64,000 nt of DNA from Candidatus Aminicenantes bacterium (GTDB lineage Bacteria; Acidobacteriota; Aminicenantia; Aminicenantales; JAFGBC01): assembly GCA_963702005.1 (NCBI GenBank), contig OY969696.1, forward strand, positions 3,744,001 to 3,808,000, in the 5' to 3' direction. Made by a program: the position numbers and the translations under genes. Of the stretch, positions 38,206 to 48,453 are shown piece by piece; position 1 is the stretch's first letter; each line of letters begins with the position of its first letter. The notes under the pieces were generated by a model. The model did no database searches and was not told the origin of the DNA. It saw only the letters and a program-made list of their open reading frames with translations.

Positions 38206-38661
38206 TTATTTCTCCTCCGCGCTTTCCATTCTGTGGAGGTAGGACTCGAAGGCCGCTCGTCCCTCCTCCTGCCAGAATTGCCTGAAATGCCGCCATTTCC
38301 GCCCGTTCCCGGGGAAGGGAGCGTCCTCCTCGCAGGCCTCTTCATCGCCGAGGTGCTTCTTGAAATGACCCCGGAAATGACGTTCGAAGCGGTCGCCGTG
38401 GCCCCGATGGGCATGACCGAAGCCTCCGAACAGAAGCTTGGCCAACAGGACGATGCCGAAAGCCTGCCAGAAGCCGATGGTCGTCAACCCGAACAGGGGC
38501 GGCATCAGCCAGTTCCAGAGAACCTTGACGACCAGGCCGAACACGAAAGCGAATAAAACCGCGAACCCGACCCCGGCGACGGCGAGGCTGACAATCCGCA
38601 GCACCTTGATTCTGTGCCGGCCGGCAGAGCTCGGTCCGGGATGATCAGAGGGAATGTTCAT
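38206..38661 (-). CDS. Small membrane protein co-transcribed with ECF sigma (possible anti-sigma/partner)
   Basis: LWNWLMP.LFGL..I.FWQA.G..LL.K.LFGG motif; 3-bp gap after sigma gene. Confidence 0.7.
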   Translation of the reverse strand: MNIPSDHPGPSSAGRHRIKVLRIVSLAVAGVGFAVLFAFVFGLVVKVLWNWLMPPLFGLTTIGFWQAFGIVLLAKLLFGGFGHAHRGHGDRFERHFRGHFKKHLGDEEACEEDAPFPGNGRKWRHFRQFWQEEGRAAFESYLHRMESAEEK

Positions 38662-38664
38662 GGC

Positions 38665-39186
38665 TTAACTCCTTTCGATACGATCTGACTGACCGTTCAG
38701 TTGTTTTCTGATTTTATCCAGAGCGCGGCTTTTACGCGCTAAAAGCGTCCCGAGCGGGATGTCCCATTCCTCGGCGAGCGCCTTAAAGGATCGGCCCTCG
38801 AATTCAGTCGCCAGGATGATCCCCTTGTCCTCGGCGCTCAGTCCGTCCATGGCGTCGAAGATGAGGTCCATGGTCTCCCGCTGCTCCAGGTCCTCGAGCG
38901 GATCCGAACCTGATTCCAAAACGGCCTCCGGAAGGACGACCGTTTCACGCCGCTTCCGGAAGCGGTCGATGATCCTGTTCCGGAGCGCCCGGTAGATGAA
39001 GGCGGCCAGGTCCCGGATGGGAACGGTTGGGTCCGCCCGATCGAACAGGCTGACGATCACGTCCTGGACGATATCCTTGGCGTCCTGGTCGGCGGCATCG
39101 TCGATCCGGCGGCGGACGTAGCCGACCAGGGCTTCCCGCTCTCCGCGCAGGAATTCCGTCAACCTGGTCTTCGTTGAATCCGGCAT
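38665..39186 (-). CDS. ECF-type sigma-70 factor
   Basis: DIVQD region 2, RNRIIDRFRK, region 4 FKALAEEWDIPLGTLLARKSRAL. Confidence 0.9.
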   Translation of the reverse strand: MPDSTKTRLTEFLRGEREALVGYVRRRIDDAADQDAKDIVQDVIVSLFDRADPTVPIRDLAAFIYRALRNRIIDRFRKRRETVVLPEAVLESGSDPLEDLEQRETMDLIFDAMDGLSAEDKGIILATEFEGRSFKALAEEWDIPLGTLLARKSRALDKIRKQLNGQSDRIERS

Positions 39187-39281
39187 CTCATCCTATCCAT
39201 ATATTAAAGACGTATCCCCGGACCGATTATTGCGGGAAGGAGCGGGAGAGCGCTGTTCGGTATCTTCGGCAATAAGGGAGC

Positions 39282-39503
39282 GGGTCCCTCCTCTTTTATC
39301 TCGGCCTCGCCCTTTCCACCCTTTCGCTTCTGGCGCTGGCTGTATTCGAGGGCATTTTCATATTTTATAACTTCATCGCCTCCTATGAGGAGCGACGGCT
39401 CGTCCAAATATACGGAGACGCCTACCTGGACTACCGGCGGAAGGTTCCCAAGTGGATCCCGCGCCTTCGGCCCGCCCGGTTCGGTCCGCTAAGCGGAGAA
39501 TGA
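39282..39503 (+). pseudogene. C-terminal remnant of ICMT/PEMT-family methyltransferase
   Basis: Start-less frame GSLLFYLGLALSTLSLLALAVFEGIFIFYNFIASYEERRLVQIYGDAYLDYRRKVPKWIPR; not in ORF track. Confidence 0.75.
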
Positions 39504-39520
39504 AGCGGCGGTCTGGATAG

Positions 39521-39544
39521 GTCACAAAGCGCAGGCTTGATCCC
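39521..39544. repeat. Degenerate half copy of family D
   Basis: gtcacaaagcgcaggcttgatccc, 4 bp from stop at 39549. Confidence 0.65.
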
Positions 39545-39548
39545 GCTG

Positions 39549-41309
39549 TTATTCCTCTTTTTTAGGCTGGGGCTGGAGCTTGTTGTACTCGACCAGGAGC
39601 TTGAGCCACCAGTCGGGAAACTTCAGGGATTCCCGCTTTTTCGTCTTGCTGTCGAAGACCCACATGTGATTGTACTTGATCAGGAGGTCGTCGCCCAGCT
39701 TCCACCAGGCGGCGATGACCCGCTCGGCGTTCCCCAGGCTATAGTCGGTCAGGAATTGAGGGACGAGGGCCGGGTCCTTTTTATAGAGGTCCGCGGCGAA
39801 GGCGTCGATGGTCGGCGTCCGGTCGAAGGCGCTTTTCTCGTAGACGAGCTGGGCCGCGCGGACATCCTCGATGGCCTGGGCATAGACGACCTGGGTGTGG
39901 AAGTCGACGTAGTCGAACGCCCAGCGGGCCGAGGCCCGGTCGAACTCCCAATGGTCGCCGATCTCGAAGGAGCGCGGGATGCGCGTGATCCCGGCGTAGA
40001 GCGGCATGAAGCAGGAGGTGTCCTGGGCGCCCCAGGCCAGCCAGACCAGTCCGCCGACCGGGTTGGGGAGCCAGCCCCGGCTTTGGGTCACGGTCACGTA
40101 CTCGGCCCGGTTGACGCCGATGACCCGGGGCAGGCTGTATCTCTGGCCTTCGAGCTCGAAACCGTAAGGGAGGTAGTTGGGGTTGGAGAACGGACCGCCC
40201 TGGATGCCGCGTCCCGGCCAGTAAGGCGTCCCTTCGCATTTGTCGCGGGTCATGACCATGACATCGTAGGCGGAGAGCTTCTTGTCGGGCTTGACCGATA
40301 AGGGCAGGTCGACGTTGAGCGTTTCGGGGCTGAACTTCTTCGACGGGGCGACGAGATCCAAGAAGCGCCAGACTCGGACTCGGGCACCCGCCGTATTGGC
40401 CGCGCTCACGGTATCCGGATTATAGGCTTTCGCCCAGTGGAAGGGCTGACCGCTCTTGGGATCGTAAAAGCCCATCTCGACGGCCAGAGAGACGACGTTC
40501 GGCGAAGCCATGAAAAAGTCCGGGTTCTTGAGGTCGATGAGGCCGATCCGCGATTCGTTGGGGCAGACCGCGACCTGGTCGTCCGGGACCCGCTGGGCGC
40601 ACCAAACCGCGCCCGGCTTCCCGCTCTGGGGCGTCCAGAGCGGGCCGACCGGCATGATCTCGAAGTGCCAGACCTCCTTGGTGTCGGCGACGGCCAGCAT
40701 CTCGCCCGTATCCACGCCGCCATAGCCGTACTTTTCGGCCATCTCGCCCATGATCTTGACCGCCTCGCGGGCCGTCGAAGCCCGCTCCATGGCGATAAGG
40801 GTCAGCATCGTGAGGTCGAACTTGGGTGTCGCCGTCTGGTTTTCCATGCGCTTCCGGCATCCGATCGTGGACTCGCCGATCGCGAGCTGGACGTCGTTCA
40901 TGTAGCCGAAGTTGCCGTGGATATAGGCGTGGGTGTGAGGAACTTGGGGAATTTCGAGGCCGGTCAGGTTGTCGATCGGGACCCGGTCCCACTTCAAGCC
41001 CTGCGCGGGCGGCCAATAGCCCATCTGGTCGACATGGAAAATCTTGCGCGTCGACCCGGCCGGATAGTCGGCGGCCGGGACGGTTCGGAATGTCCAGTCG
41101 CAATGGCCGCAGTCGCAGGTGTGGGTCGTCATGACCGAGCCGTCGACCGAGGCCAGCCGCCCGACCATGATGACTGTACAGTTTTCGGGCAGGTCGCTCC
41201 GGCAGTCCTGACAACCGGTTCTATCCTGGCTGCTCAGGCCGAAGGCGCCGGTCAGGACCAGGACGGCTAAAAGCAGGATTCCGGTCGAGAGCCATCGTTT
41301 GCCGATCAT
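39549..41309 (-). CDS. C69-family dipeptidase (Ntn hydrolase), exported
   Basis: CTVIMVG nucleophile, MNDVQLAIGEST, ERASTAREA, WCAQRVPDD. Confidence 0.92.
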   Translation of the reverse strand: MIGKRWLSTGILLLAVLVLTGAFGLSSQDRTGCQDCRSDLPENCTVIMVGRLASVDGSVMTTHTCDCGHCDWTFRTVPAADYPAGSTRKIFHVDQMGYWPPAQGLKWDRVPIDNLTGLEIPQVPHTHAYIHGNFGYMNDVQLAIGESTIGCRKRMENQTATPKFDLTMLTLIAMERASTAREAVKIMGEMAEKYGYGGVDTGEMLAVADTKEVWHFEIMPVGPLWTPQSGKPGAVWCAQRVPDDQVAVCPNESRIGLIDLKNPDFFMASPNVVSLAVEMGFYDPKSGQPFHWAKAYNPDTVSAANTAGARVRVWRFLDLVAPSKKFSPETLNVDLPLSVKPDKKLSAYDVMVMTRDKCEGTPYWPGRGIQGGPFSNPNYLPYGFELEGQRYSLPRVIGVNRAEYVTVTQSRGWLPNPVGGLVWLAWGAQDTSCFMPLYAGITRIPRSFEIGDHWEFDRASARWAFDYVDFHTQVVYAQAIEDVRAAQLVYEKSAFDRTPTIDAFAADLYKKDPALVPQFLTDYSLGNAERVIAAWWKLGDDLLIKYNHMWVFDSKTKKRESLKFPDWWLKLLVEYNKLQPQPKKEE

Positions 41310-41450
41310 GATTTTTCTCCTTTGGACAAACTAAGATCTGTCGAAACGCGCCATAACCAGGGATATTCAGCGTGAGGGAGAAGCCTAGAGGGCTTGAAAC
41401 GGGAACCCATGGCGCTCCCCTTTTATAAAGGATGCCGCGGCCAAAGTCAA

Positions 41451-41557
41451 ATCATCGACTCCCCGGCCTGAAGGCCGGGGCTTGTTCATGATTAACCCTG
41501 AGCCTCGCTCTCATCCCCGCCTTGAAAGGCGGGGCTTGGCGTCGGCGAACGGGTCAA
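41451..41557. mobile_element. Non-autonomous IS200/IS605 derivative (PATE-like)
   Basis: Two GC hairpins ccccggcctgaaggccgggg and ccccgccttgaaaggcgggg, bounded by gtcaa on both sides. Confidence 0.6.
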
Positions 41558-41607
41558 CCGACGGGGGCGAAGCGGGGCCCGGGCCGAGTCCGAACGCCCC
41601 GCGCGGC

Positions 41608-42348
41608 CTACTTAATCTCTATGCGCCGGAGCCGATCGCGGGCGGCTTTCTGGATATTCTCGTATTCGGAGTCGTTGGCGGCGAGCGCTCTCAGGACGTC
41701 CGGGGCGTCGAGTCTCTTGATGACCGCCTCACGAACGTAGGGATCCAGCTCCGAATCCTGGGCCATCGTGGCCAGAACGGACTGGTCGAGGATCGTGGCG
41801 ACGGCGGATTCACGGAGCGCGGCCGGGGCCGAATCGTCCCGGGCGATCTCCTCGAGCAGGGCGTCATTGTCCAGTTTGCGGACGGCCGCGATCCGGGCCG
41901 CGACGTCCTCCTCCCCGTCCCGGGCGATGGCGGCCAGGGCTTCCGGGTCGGACATGGCATTGACTTCGGCGACGCGGCTCGCGGCGCCCTCCGCCGCGAC
42001 CGACGCTTTCTTGGGAGAGATGATCCGCTGGACGCCGAAGGCGGCCAGGACGACGAGGATCACCAGACCGACGTTCCTCAGCAGGCGCGAAGTCGGCGGG
42101 GCGGCTCGGAGATGGCGGTGGATGGCGTAGTCATAGGCCGGCTCGACCTTGCCGCCGCACCAGAAGCAGGGGCGGGTGGCGCCCCCCAGCCGGCACGTGG
42201 TGCATTCGACCCGTCCGCAGCGCGTGCAGATGACCCCGCTGTAAAGGGTCGGGAGAGAGGAATGATCCCCCTCGTAGACGATGAAACCTTCATGAGCCGG
42301 ATCGACCGTCCGTAACGACCCCCGGCAGCGCGAGCAGGAAACCCCCAA
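41608..42348 (-). CDS. Hypothetical protein: Cys-rich Zn finger, one TM helix, HEAT-like repeats
   Basis: Four CxxC pairs, hydrophobic helix, repeats D..LA.IA..D....R..AV..L; start uncertain. Confidence 0.65.
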   Translation of the reverse strand: MGVSCSRCRGSLRTVDPAHEGFIVYEGDHSSLPTLYSGVICTRCGRVECTTCRLGGATRPCFWCGGKVEPAYDYAIHRHLRAAPPTSRLLRNVGLVILVVLAAFGVQRIISPKKASVAAEGAASRVAEVNAMSDPEALAAIARDGEEDVAARIAAVRKLDNDALLEEIARDDSAPAALRESAVATILDQSVLATMAQDSELDPYVREAVIKRLDAPDVLRALAANDSEYENIQKAARDRLRRIEIK

Positions 42349-42514
42349 TTCGATACTCCCTTCTCTCGTTCGAACTTTCGAACATGCGGCTCGGGACTCT
42401 TCCGGTCCCGACCCTAAAATTTCTTTTACACTATTTTCCCGGCAAGATCAAGCTCTATCACGGAAGGCGGCCTTGATGTAAAATGGGCAGGACCGACCCG
42501 GACAAGGAGGTCCC

Positions 42515-43240
42515 GTGATCGAGATCAGCCACGTCTCCAAGAGCTACAACAAGGGCAAGGTCAAGGCCGTCGACGACCTGAACCTGGTCGTCCCGCCCGG
42601 CGAGATCTTCGGGTTCCTGGGCCCCAACGGCGCCGGCAAGACGACCACGATCAAGCTGATCGTCGGCCTCCTCAAGCCGGACGCCGGGACGATCACCGTC
42701 GAGGGCTTCGACATCCGCCGGGACGGCCTTAAATCCAAGTCGATCACCAGCTACGTCCCGGATTATCCCTCCATCTACGAACGGCTGACCGGGCTCGAGT
42801 ACCTGAACTTCATCGGCGATGTCTACGGCGTTTCCAAGCGGGAGCGGCTGGAACGGATCGAGAAATGGCTCGACATCTTCGAGCTCCGTCCGGCCGTCGC
42901 CAACCCGATCCAGAGCTACTCCCACGGCATGAAGCAGAAGATCGTGCTGATGGCCGCCCTGCTGCCCGCCCCTCGCGTCATGGTCCTCGACGAGCCGCTG
43001 GTCGGGCTCGACCCCCGGGCCGCCCACCAGCTCAAGGAGCTCATGCGCGAGCACTGCAGCCAGGGGAAGACGCTCTTCTTTTCGACCCACATCATGGAGG
43101 TCGCCGAGAAGCTCTGCGACCGGATCGGGATCATCAACAAAGGCAAGCTCATCGCTTGCGGAACGATGGAGGAGCTCAAGGCCCTCGACCGGGAGAGCCA
43201 ATCTCTGGAGGGGATTTTCCTGGAGCTGACCGAAAAATGA
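42515..43240 (+). CDS. ABC exporter ATP-binding protein
   Basis: GPNGAGKTT, YSHGMKQK, LDEP, STH; AAGGAGG RBS. Confidence 0.95.
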   Translation: MIEISHVSKSYNKGKVKAVDDLNLVVPPGEIFGFLGPNGAGKTTTIKLIVGLLKPDAGTITVEGFDIRRDGLKSKSITSYVPDYPSIYERLTGLEYLNFIGDVYGVSKRERLERIEKWLDIFELRPAVANPIQSYSHGMKQKIVLMAALLPAPRVMVLDEPLVGLDPRAAHQLKELMREHCSQGKTLFFSTHIMEVAEKLCDRIGIINKGKLIACGTMEELKALDRESQSLEGIFLELTEK

Positions 43241-44919
43241 GCAAGCTTCGTTCCCTGATCCGGGTCGGCCTCAAGTCCAACTTCGGCCTGGCCGTCCTCC
43301 GCTACCGCCTGTTCAAGGAAAAGAAGGACATCTGGCTCGTCCCCCTGTTCGGCCTGGCCGCCCTGAGCCTCGTTCCCGCATTCTACGGCCTGATCCTCCT
43401 CCTCAAGTTCCTTTACGTGACGCTCCTACCGCTCCACCAGGAACGGGCCCTGCTGACGCTGGGCATTTTGGGCGGCCAGCTGTTCATCCTTCTGTTCGGG
43501 CTCTATTACGTCATCTCCGCCTTCTACTTCTCGAAGGACCTGGAGCTGCTCATCCCCCTGCCCATCAAGCCCTACCAAGTGATGGCCTCGAAATTCGCCG
43601 TCATCCTCGTCAACGAGTACCTGACGGTGGCGGCCATCGTCCTCCCTGTTTTAATAACCTTCGGCGTCCTGGCCAAGCGGGAGCCGGCCTATTGGATCAA
43701 CACCCTCCTCATCTATCTGTTCCTCCCCGTCATCCCGCTCGCCTTCGTCTCGCTCCTGGTCATCGCCATGATGCGGCTCATCAACTTCAGCCGTAAGAAG
43801 GACGCCCTGATTCTCATCGGCAGCATCCTCCTGATCGCGGCCTCCCTGGGCGCCCAGCTTCTCATCAATAGGTCCCACAACCGCGGCAGCATGGAAGACG
43901 TGGCGGCCTTCTTCAGCTCGCCCAACAGCCTTCTCAACCGGGTCGGCGCCAAGTTTCCGCCCAGCATCTGGGCGGCCAAGGCGCTGGCCGGAGGCTGGAG
44001 CGGCGAAGGGCTCGTCAACATGGGGCTCTTCCTGGGGACGTCGCTGGCTCTTCTCTGGGCCATGCTCGTTTTATCCGAGAGGCTCTTCTATCGGGGACTG
44101 ATCGGGATCGGCGAGATCTCGGGGCGGACCAGGTCCCTGTCCCGGGCCGAGATGTCGCGCCGGGTCGCGTCGGGACGGCGGCCGGTCCGGGCCGTCTTCT
44201 TGCGCGAATGGCGGATCATGAACCGGACGCCGATCTTCCTCCTCAACGGCGTCCTAGTCGTCATCATCGTCCCGGCCATCTTCGTCCTGATGGCCAAGAC
44301 GGCCGGAGGGCGCGGCGACAATGCGGCCCTGCTCAGGCTCATGACCGGGGCGGCCAATTCCATCGTCGTTATCCTGTCCGCGGCCGCCTTCATGATTTTC
44401 TGCGGCAGCCTCAACGGGACGGCCTCCTCGACCTTTTCGCGCGAAGGGAGCCAGTTCTGGATGTCCAAGGTCATCCCGGTTTCGCCGCGCGACCAGGCCC
44501 TGGCTAAATTTCTTCATTCCTACCTGATCACGGTCCTGGGAATCCTGCCCGCCTCGCTGGTCCTCCTGTTTGTTCTCCACATCAAGTTAGCCCATATCCT
44601 TCCGGCGGCCGGTCTGGCCCTCCTCCTCGGGTTCGTCCTGACCGCGGTCGGGATGATCATCGACCTGGCCCGCCCCCTGCTCGACTGGACCAATCCCCAG
44701 AAGGCGATCAAGCAGAACCTGAACGTCCTCTTTTCGATCGTGGCCGACATCGCCGTCCTGACGATCCTGGGCTACGGGATCATCCGCGCGCTCAAGGCCG
44801 GACTCTCCGGCGCCGCCCTTCTCGCGATCCTGGGCGTGCTGCTGGCCGGGCTGGCCGCCCTGAGCCTGGAGCTTCTCTTTCGCTTCGCCGACAAGCGCTA
44901 CGGCGAGATCGAGGTTTGA
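43237..44919 (+). CDS. ABC-2 type permease (large, multi-TM)
   Basis: ATGA overlap, FSKDLELLIPLP, FSREG motifs, many TM helices. Confidence 0.88.
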   Translation: MSKLRSLIRVGLKSNFGLAVLRYRLFKEKKDIWLVPLFGLAALSLVPAFYGLILLLKFLYVTLLPLHQERALLTLGILGGQLFILLFGLYYVISAFYFSKDLELLIPLPIKPYQVMASKFAVILVNEYLTVAAIVLPVLITFGVLAKREPAYWINTLLIYLFLPVIPLAFVSLLVIAMMRLINFSRKKDALILIGSILLIAASLGAQLLINRSHNRGSMEDVAAFFSSPNSLLNRVGAKFPPSIWAAKALAGGWSGEGLVNMGLFLGTSLALLWAMLVLSERLFYRGLIGIGEISGRTRSLSRAEMSRRVASGRRPVRAVFLREWRIMNRTPIFLLNGVLVVIIVPAIFVLMAKTAGGRGDNAALLRLMTGAANSIVVILSAAAFMIFCGSLNGTASSTFSREGSQFWMSKVIPVSPRDQALAKFLHSYLITVLGILPASLVLLFVLHIKLAHILPAAGLALLLGFVLTAVGMIIDLARPLLDWTNPQKAIKQNLNVLFSIVADIAVLTILGYGIIRALKAGLSGAALLAILGVLLAGLAALSLELLFRFADKRYGEIEV

Positions 44920-45012
44920 GGCCTGAAAAGCGCGGTTCGGGGCCTATAATCCGCCCCTTGATGGTCGCTACAGCCGACCATGACGGGCTGTTTAGGACCT
45001 ATTCTCCGCTCT

Positions 45013-46431
45013 TTAGTTTAATTCAGTTATAAATACGGGGGTTTTAGTGGCGGGGACATTGTTTTTAGGGACAATTCTTTTTTCAGGCTGCGATTGGCCG
45101 GATCGAGTTATGGCGTAGGTCAGCTCCAAGCTTGACTTCGTGAAATGCCGGCTCAAATTGAAACGGGTGTCTTTATCTTCCGTCCAGAGGACAAACAGGG
45201 GAGCTTCGTTCACGCGGAAACTATAAAAATAATGTTTGTCACTGCCCAAATCGATCCTTTGGACCGAACTGAAATTGCCGAATCGGCTTATCAACATTTT
45301 CAGGTTGTAATAGACGGGCTTGGGGGCTTCATTCTCGTCATAAAGGCCCACTCCCGGGCCCTCTTTCTTGATATCATCAAGTCCATGCCAGAAAAAAACA
45401 TTCACTCCGGCATCAAAAGCAACGACGATTCTTTTGACGATGTCCTGGGCCTGTCTTTCCAGCGTGTGAACAACCGTAATCCCCTGCCCTTCTTTTCTCA
45501 ACTTCGTATTCGATTCCGTGATCCAGAAAGGTTTGTCGAAACCGTATTTTTTTAGTTTATCTCTAAAGCCTTTGGCATGGTCATAGGTCAGGAAATCACA
45601 GTCATCCGTATATTCATGAAAATTCATGATGTCGAAATATGTCCCGCCTTCCGCGGCCAGCACATCATCAAAATAGGCGAGAGACCGCTGCCATTTGGAT
45701 TCATCCCGCAACGCGCCGACGACCCAGCCGCCGATCAGGACGGAACAACCGGGGCAGTTGGCTTTGATGCTTTGATAGCTTATTTTCAGAATATGCGCAT
45801 AGTCTTGGGCCGTTCCGCTGAACATGGGCTTGTTGATGATCTCATTCCCGATCTCCCAGTACCGGATGGGGTTTTTGAGGCCGGGCATGTCGCCTTTTCC
45901 ATCCCCATCATATCTTTCGACGATGGCGCGCAGATATTCCAGGTATTTAGCGTCGCTGAAGTATTTGCCCTTGACGCGCGCGTAATCCGGAACGTTGCTG
46001 AAATCGACATTTCCCAACATGACCAAGTTGCAGGACTGGGCGCTCCTCACCCGGGCATCATGGAGGGTAAAATCAAAGACTCCGTTATCGGGCTCCAGCA
46101 CTCCCCAGTTAAGTGAAGTTAAATCGCCCTGGCCGGCGCTTCTGATCCAAACGTCGCCGATCGTCTGGAGTTTTTGGTTCTGATGGGAAATATATTCCTC
46201 CTGAGATACGCCGTGCTTCTGAAGATAATTGTTCATTCCCTGGTAAACATAATTGATTCCGAATCTGGGAATTCGAGGCAGACTATTTCTTGACGAACCG
46301 GGTGAGTTTGCCGACGAAAAACCGAACACCACGGCCGCCAAAAGCACCCCGAGAGCCACATAAAAAAATGTTCTCAGTTCCGCGCCCCGGCGAAGCGTTG
46401 CGTACTCGGAATCAAGGGATAATTTTTTCAT
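45013..46431 (-). CDS. Clan GH-A glycoside hydrolase (GH39-like), lower GC
   Basis: ERYDGDG..DMPGL, YWEIGNE, MNFHEY, WITESN. Confidence 0.75.
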   Translation of the reverse strand: MKKLSLDSEYATLRRGAELRTFFYVALGVLLAAVVFGFSSANSPGSSRNSLPRIPRFGINYVYQGMNNYLQKHGVSQEEYISHQNQKLQTIGDVWIRSAGQGDLTSLNWGVLEPDNGVFDFTLHDARVRSAQSCNLVMLGNVDFSNVPDYARVKGKYFSDAKYLEYLRAIVERYDGDGKGDMPGLKNPIRYWEIGNEIINKPMFSGTAQDYAHILKISYQSIKANCPGCSVLIGGWVVGALRDESKWQRSLAYFDDVLAAEGGTYFDIMNFHEYTDDCDFLTYDHAKGFRDKLKKYGFDKPFWITESNTKLRKEGQGITVVHTLERQAQDIVKRIVVAFDAGVNVFFWHGLDDIKKEGPGVGLYDENEAPKPVYYNLKMLISRFGNFSSVQRIDLGSDKHYFYSFRVNEAPLFVLWTEDKDTRFNLSRHFTKSSLELTYAITRSGQSQPEKRIVPKNNVPATKTPVFITELN

Positions 46432-46559
46432 CGGACACCTTCCGTCCTATCGATTGACACTGATTAGACAATTTAGACTCAAAAACCTTTGCCGAAAAAG
46501 CTAGAGAAAGACGCGTACATCATTTTAAAAAATATCCACATGCGGGCCGTACTGAAGCT

Positions 46560-46579
46560 CCACGGACTCACGTCCGTGG
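46560..46579. repeat. Isolated hairpin resembling an IS200/IS605 end
   Basis: ccacggac-tcac-gtccgtgg preceded by gaagct. Confidence 0.35.
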
Positions 46580-46655
46580 AATCCCGCGAGGGGATTGATG
46601 TATAATGCAAACTAAAAAGCGTCAAGGTTATTCCGATGCGCCGGATTGCCAGGGA

Positions 46656-48370
46656 ATGAACGTATGCGCCCTCACCTCCTTGTCGGCGGCTATGATCACG
46701 ACTTTTTTGGGCGTGTTCATCCTCATCAAGGAGCCGCGTAATCCGCTCAACCGGGTTTATTTTTTCTTCTGCCTGGCCGTCGCCTATGTCGGGTTCACCG
46801 AGTTCGAGCTTCGCATATCCGCGGCGGCGGTCGAGGCCTTCCATTGGGTGAAGGCCGCCTCGTTCTGGACGTTGGGACCGGCCGCGTTCTTTCACTTCGC
46901 CTACCTGTATACGCGGGGAAAACGGGGGCGACGGAGCGGCTGGGTCGTGCCGCTCGTCTACGCAATCGCCCTTGGCGACGGCCTTCTCTATCTCACGACG
47001 GACCTCATCATCCGCGGCGTTCAGAGGGAGAGCTGGGGCTGGACGGCCTCGTCCCCATCTTTCTTTGCGTCCGGCATTTCACGCGGCTCAGGGATCCTAT
47101 CGAAAAAGGCCGGGCGGGGACCGTTGCCCTCGGCTACCTCGCGCCAACCCTCTTATTCCTCCTGACCGAAATCGTCGGACCGCGGCTGAACTTAAATCTG
47201 CCTGAAGTCACGACCCTGGGAACCTTCCTGGGCGCGCTCATTATCTGGTTCGGCATCTGGAGGTATAAGCTCTTTATTCTCTCGCCGCGGACGGCGGCCG
47301 AGGACATCGTCTCGATGATGGCCGACGCGCCCCTCCTGGTCGGAATGGACGGCAAGGTCCGCCAAGCCAAGGACGGCCGCATCCTCCCCGTCTCCATCTC
47401 CACGTCGGTGATCACCGATTCCCGCGGCACTCCCCAGGGCGTCGTCCTGGTCGGACGGGACCTGACCGAGCGGAAGAAAGCCGAGGAGGAGCTCCGGCGT
47501 TTCCGCGACAGACTCGAGGAACTGGTCGAGAAGCGCACCGGCGAGCTCGATCAAGTCAACCGGCGGCTGCAGCAGGAGATTACGGACCATGTCCGGGCGA
47601 CCGGCGCTCTGGCCGAGAGTGAGGAGCGCTTCCGGAGTTTGTTCGAGAACTCGACGATCGGCCTCTACCGGACGACCTCCGACGGCCGGATCCTCTTGGC
47701 CAACCCGACCCTGGTCCGCATGCTCGGCTACGAGTCGCTCGAAGATCTGATCCGGAGGAACCTGGAGGAAGACGGATTCGAGGCGGGCTATCCCCGGAGC
47801 GGCTTCAAGGAGCAGATCGAAGCGGAGGGGGAGATCCGGGGTCTGGAGTCGGCCTGGAAGCGGAGAGACGGAACGCCCGTCTTCGTCCGGGAAAGCGCTA
47901 AAGCGATCCGGGACGCCGCCGGAAACGTTCTTTACTACGAGGGTACGGTCGAGGACATCTCGGACCGGCGCAAGGCCGAGGACGCCCTGCGGGCTTCGCT
48001 CCGCGAGAAAGAGGTCCTGTTTAGGGAGATCCACCACCGGGTCAAAAACAACATGCAGATCATCTCGAGCCTCCTAAGCCTCCAAGCCCGGGAGATCGAC
48101 GATCCGGCTATCGTCGAGATGTTCAGGGAAAGCCAAAGCCGGATCCGGTCGATGGCCTTCGTACATGAAAAACTTTACCAGTCGAAGGACCTGTCCCAGA
48201 TCGGATTCTCGGATTATATCCGAAGCCTCACCAAGGGCGGGAAAGGCCCTCGCGGAGAAATAGGCTGGGATACCTCTCTTTGGGATAAAGAGAGCGCTTT
48301 GAACGTTCATAATCATGATGGTATGTTTGATTTTTCGCGCCGTCTGTGGTATTTCTCAATCGATCAGTAA
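46656..48370 (+). pseudogene. Decayed membrane-sensor/PAS histidine kinase (HisKA_2 type)
   Basis: TM N-terminus in one frame, shift near 47055, first PAS internally deleted, [18 protein letters not shown]-box, no ATPase domain after DYIRSLT. Confidence 0.8.
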
Positions 48371-48453
48371 AATTGAGAAGCCGCAGAGCTTGCCTACGGT
48401 CGCGTTTCATTTAGGGCTTCCAAGGGAATGAAGATCTTGATGAAGAGGCCGAC

